64,000 bases of DNA, from the NCBI GenBank assembly GCA_964035575.1, contig OZ037844.1:1674001-1738000 (forward strand). Direction: 5' to 3'. The notes beneath the pieces are model-generated. The model made no database searches. It was not told the origin of the DNA and saw only the letters and a program-made list of their open reading frames with translations. Both the position numbers and the translations under genes were made by a program. Below are positions 62,247 through 64,000 of this stretch, one piece after another (position 1 is the first letter of the stretch; each line of letters begins with the position of its first letter). Source of the DNA: Rhynchopus sp. YZ270_cl-10 (lineage: Eukaryota).

Positions 62247-63166
62247 AAACCCGCAAACCCGCAAACCCGCAAACCCGCAAACCCGCAAACCCGCAAACCC
62301 GCAAACCCGTAAACCCGCAAACCCGCAAACCCGCAAACCCGCAAACCCGCAAACCCGCAAACCCGCAAACCCGCAAACCCGCAAACCCGTAAACCCGCAA
62401 ACCCGCAAACCCGCAAACCCGCAAACCCGCAAACCCGCAAACCCGCAAACCCGCAAACCCGCAAACCCGCAAACCCGCAAACCCGCAAACCCGCAAACCC
62501 GCAAACCCGCAAACCCGCAAACCCGCAAACCCGCAAACCCGCAAACCCGTAAACCCGCAAACCCGCAAACCCGCAAACCCGCAAACCCGCAAACCCGCAA
62601 ACCCGCAAACCCGCAAACCCGCAAACCCGCAAACCCGCAAACCCGCAAACCCGCAAACCCGCAAACCCGCAAACCCGCAAACCCGCAAACCCGCAAACCC
62701 GCAAACCCGCAAACCCGCAAACCCGCAAACCCGCAAACCCGCAAACCCGCAAACCCGCAAACCCGCAAACCCGCAAACCCGCAAACCCGCAAACCCGTAA
62801 ACCCGCAAACCCGCAAACCCGCAAACCCGCAAACCCGCAAACCCGCAAACCCGCAAACCCGCAAACCCGCAAACCCGCAAACCCGCAAACCCGCAAACCC
62901 GCAAACCCGCAAACCCGCAAACCCGCAAACCCGCAAACCCGCAAACCCGCAAACCCGCAAACCCGCAAACCCGCAAACCCGCAAACCCGCAAACCCGCAA
63001 ACCCGCAAACCCGCAAACCCGCAAACCCGCAAACCCGCAAACCCGCAAACCCGCAAACCCGCAAACCCGCAAACCCGCAAACCCGCAAACCCGCAAACCC
63101 GCAAACCCGCAAACCCGCAAACCCGCAAACCCGCAAACCCGCAAACCCGCAAACCCGCAAACCCGC
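62247..63166. repeat. (AAACCCGC)n octamer array, about 115 units
   Basis: Perfect array apart from AAACCCGT variants at 62310, 62390, 62550 and 62798. Confidence 0.97.
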
Positions 63167-63377
63167 ACTAGAAGAAAGCTCGCTAAAATGTAGGAGGCTG
63201 GTGTGGTTGTGAACAGAATTTTTTTTTTATTGTATGAAGGTTTTGCATTTTTACAAATGTGAAAGCCGAAAAAATTGAATAGAAAAATGAATTGAACTTG
63301 GCTCACCCCTCATTTCTCTTTTCATAGCATTTGTGTACTCACACACCAAAAACAGGTGAACTATTTCTCAAGAAACT

Positions 63378-63942
63378 ATGAACACCATGAAGATTAAGCG
63401 GAAGCCAGTGCCCTTTGTGCAGAAGAAAGATGCACCAAGCATGTTGCCGGTGTTCAATGTGCAGGATCAAGCTCCTCATGAGAGTGAGGAATTGCCACCA
63501 ATTCCAGTGTGCTCCCAGAAGAAGGAGACAGTACTAACGAAGGTACAGGAGCAAGGCGTTAAAACAGAGGAGCAAACTCAGAAGGAATCTGTGCTTCCGT
63601 CAGAACAGGCCGCAGCATTGGAAATTCCTGTTTCTGCAGAAAGCTTTTCCTCAGTGACTGAAGAGCTGAAAGAGGTGAAACAGACTGTCTCAGATCTCAA
63701 GAAACAGCTGAACGAAGTGTTCCTTCTGTGTCAGGACATGAAAAAGGTATGTATCAACTTTTCAAGTATCACTTTCAACAACTGAAACTCAACAGGAGCT
63801 AGACAGAAAGAGAAAGCGCGAAGCAGCAGAAGACGAAAAAATGGAAAAGATGTGTTATGCTCACGAATGCTCTAGTACTTGGAGGGGAAGGGAATTTCAA
63901 CACAAAGGTGCTCTTTTCCAGCACAATAAAGCACATCATTAG
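63378..63942 (+). CDS. Coiled-coil + C-terminal C2H2 zinc-finger protein, 2 exons (63378-63746, 63796-63942)
   Basis: Phase-0 GTATGT..CAG intron at 63747-63795. Exon 2 reads ELDRKRKR...CYAHEC.....EFQHKGALFQHNKAHH*. Confidence 0.7.
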
Positions 63943-64000
63943 AGAATAATTTATTTTTTTTTTCGTTTGGGGGTATTTCTTATCGCAGAGAATGTGCAAA

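Larger units (their letters stand above)
54752..62392 (+). mobile_element. CRE-clade non-LTR retrotransposon (restriction-like endonuclease); ORF split by SINE insertions into 54752-55819, 56800-57982 and 58527-62392
   Basis: C2H2 finger (CPFDKC..HMRRH); RT (RPIAVG, KIDYRNAFN, GAQQGDPLGPLLF, YLDD); CCHC knuckle (CSCC..GDHSFAC); RLE (RRHD..RPADIYL..LDVT..KREKH..FEAFGG). The segments rejoin in frame when the inserts are removed. Confidence 0.88.

Noticed and set aside
62048..63306. RVCGFAGL and PQTRKPAN repeat ORFs
   Set aside because: They are translations of the octamer array.

Overview
Eukaryotic DNA, probably a euglenozoan such as a diplonemid. This is inferred from the following: all host genes lie on the + strand, the introns are short GTATG..AG introns, there is a receptor-type nucleotide cyclase, and the retroelements resemble VIPER/TATE and CRE. 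Host genes are an LRR protein, a C-terminally short NOT1/CNOT1 homologue, four secreted proteins sharing one ~1-kb WD40 cassette, a frameshifted CUB-like gene, a receptor cyclase and a C2H2 zinc-finger gene. Two mobile systems stand out. (1) At 7.2-20.5 kb, a (TCTCCCCCC)n array holds four insertions from three families of gag-YR-RT/RNaseH retrotransposons with split direct repeats. Their B|A recombination junction folds into a conserved T-shaped hairpin with compensatory changes between families, and both full elements carry a G_GGA_AAC -1 slippery site. (2) At 54.7-63.2 kb lies a CRE-clade non-LTR retrotransposon. Removing two TSD-flanked SINE insertions restores a single ORF of about 2,040 codons: Ser/Asn/Cys-rich region, hydrophobic membrane-like segments, LSGG, OTU-like protease, zinc finger, RT and restriction-like endonuclease. 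This ORF runs into a (AAACCCGC)n array. A third, truncated YR element and several MITEs are also present. All calls were made by eye, with no database searches.
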